Under the pieces are notes generated by a model, which saw only the letters and a list, made by a program, of their open reading frames with translations, had not been told where the DNA came from and ran no database searches. A stretch of DNA of 25,426 bases from positions 1-25,426 of the IMG/VR virus record IMGVR_UViG_3300020566_000012; one strand, 5' to 3'. This document shows, in pieces, positions 24,834 through 25,426 of this stretch (within the stretch, counting starts at the first letter, position 1; each line of letters starts with the position of its first letter). The translations under genes and the position numbers were made by a program. This DNA comes from a virus. Taxonomy: Duplodnaviria; Caudoviricetes.

Positions 24834-25426
24834 ATGTTCGCCGCGACCAAGAGCTTCTTCGCCAAGGCACCGCCGAGCGGCAGCAGCACCTACAATATCG
24901 AGTATCTCGTTGTCGCAGGCGGAGGCGGTGGTTGTCGCGGCGGCGGAGGTGCAGGCGGCTACCGCACCGCGACCGGATACAGCCTCACGGTCGGCCAGTC
25001 CTACACGGTAACGGTCGGGGCAGGCGGCGGCGGCGGAAACGGCAACGCAGGACCGGACGCCCCAAACGGTAGCAATTCTGTATTCGACACCATCACCAGC
25101 ACAGGAGGTGGAGGTGGTGGATATTCAACCGGCACTGCTCCTTCCGGTGGATCAGGTGGAGGCGGCGGCGCAAGCGGAAGTGCGACTCGTTTGGGTGGAG
25201 CCGGGACTTCCGGCCAAGGCAACGCGGGCGGAAACCAAGCGCACACCGGGAACCCGTACCCTTCTGGCGGCGGTGGTGGCGCGAGTGCAGCCGGTGGCAA
25301 CACGACCGCAAACAACGTCTCCGGAAACGGAGGCGACGGAACATCGAGCAGCATCACTGGCAGCGCCGTAACTCGGGCGGGCGGCGGCGGTGGTGCCAAC
25401 TTCAGCGGCGGGGGCACCAATGGCTC
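24834..25426 (+). CDS. Glycine-rich tail-associated protein (3'-truncated; absent from the ORF track)
   Basis: ATG at 24834, 2 nt after the fibre stop, open to the window end: MFAATKSFF...IEYLVVAGGGGG..GGGGAGGY...YTVTVGAGG...NGSNSVF..ITSTGGGGG. Confidence 0.85.
   Translation, partial: MFAATKSFFAKAPPSGSSTYNIEYLVVAGGGGGCRGGGGAGGYRTATGYSLTVGQSYTVTVGAGGGGGNGNAGPDAPNGSNSVFDTITSTGGGGGGYSTGTAPSGGSGGGGGASGSATRLGGAGTSGQGNAGGNQAHTGNPYPSGGGGGASAAGGNTTANNVSGNGGDGTSSSITGSAVTRAGGGGGANFSGGGTNG

Noticed and set aside
298-25420. Many long minus-strand and alternate-frame ORFs (for example 2532..3851, 5918..7489, 8928..11063 and 12141..14030)
   Set aside because: These are shadow ORFs expected from high-GC3 coding on the + strand. 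They fully overlap well-supported genes and show no recognisable motifs.
22618-25426. Diversity-generating retroelement, expected by analogy with BPP-1
   Set aside because: No reverse transcriptase and no repeat pair differing only at adenines were seen. The fibre repeats differ at synonymous positions of all bases. A DGR could still lie outside the window.

Overview
This window is the virion-morphogenesis region of a high-GC podovirus or prophage whose gene order resembles Bordetella phage BPP-1. All credible genes lie on the + strand and are tightly packed. In order they are: TerS (5'-truncated), TerL, a GNAT acetyltransferase, a small Gly/Ala-rich virion protein, portal, a C1q-like beta-sandwich protein, a Bbp19-like protein, scaffold, major capsid, cement, a small protein, an inserted endonuclease-VII-type HNH gene, tail tubular proteins A and B, two internal/ejection proteins, a 2633-aa polyvalent ejection protein, a tail fibre, and a 3'-truncated Gly-rich protein. 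Two things stand out. First, the giant protein carries an AT-richer in-frame array of about 2 kb with three cassettes (GNAT, an unrecognised core, and an ADP-ribosyltransferase-like domain). These are separated by repeated P-x(2-4)-QAA junctions and duplicated flanks, and sit directly before a HExxH metallopeptidase domain, which suggests a swappable injected-effector payload. Second, the motif AGTACCCGTAA-N16-TANNNT occurs three times with identical spacing, each time overlapping a stop codon at the start of a structural module, which makes it a candidate phage late promoter. Family assignments come from motif recognition and synteny only; no database searches were run.
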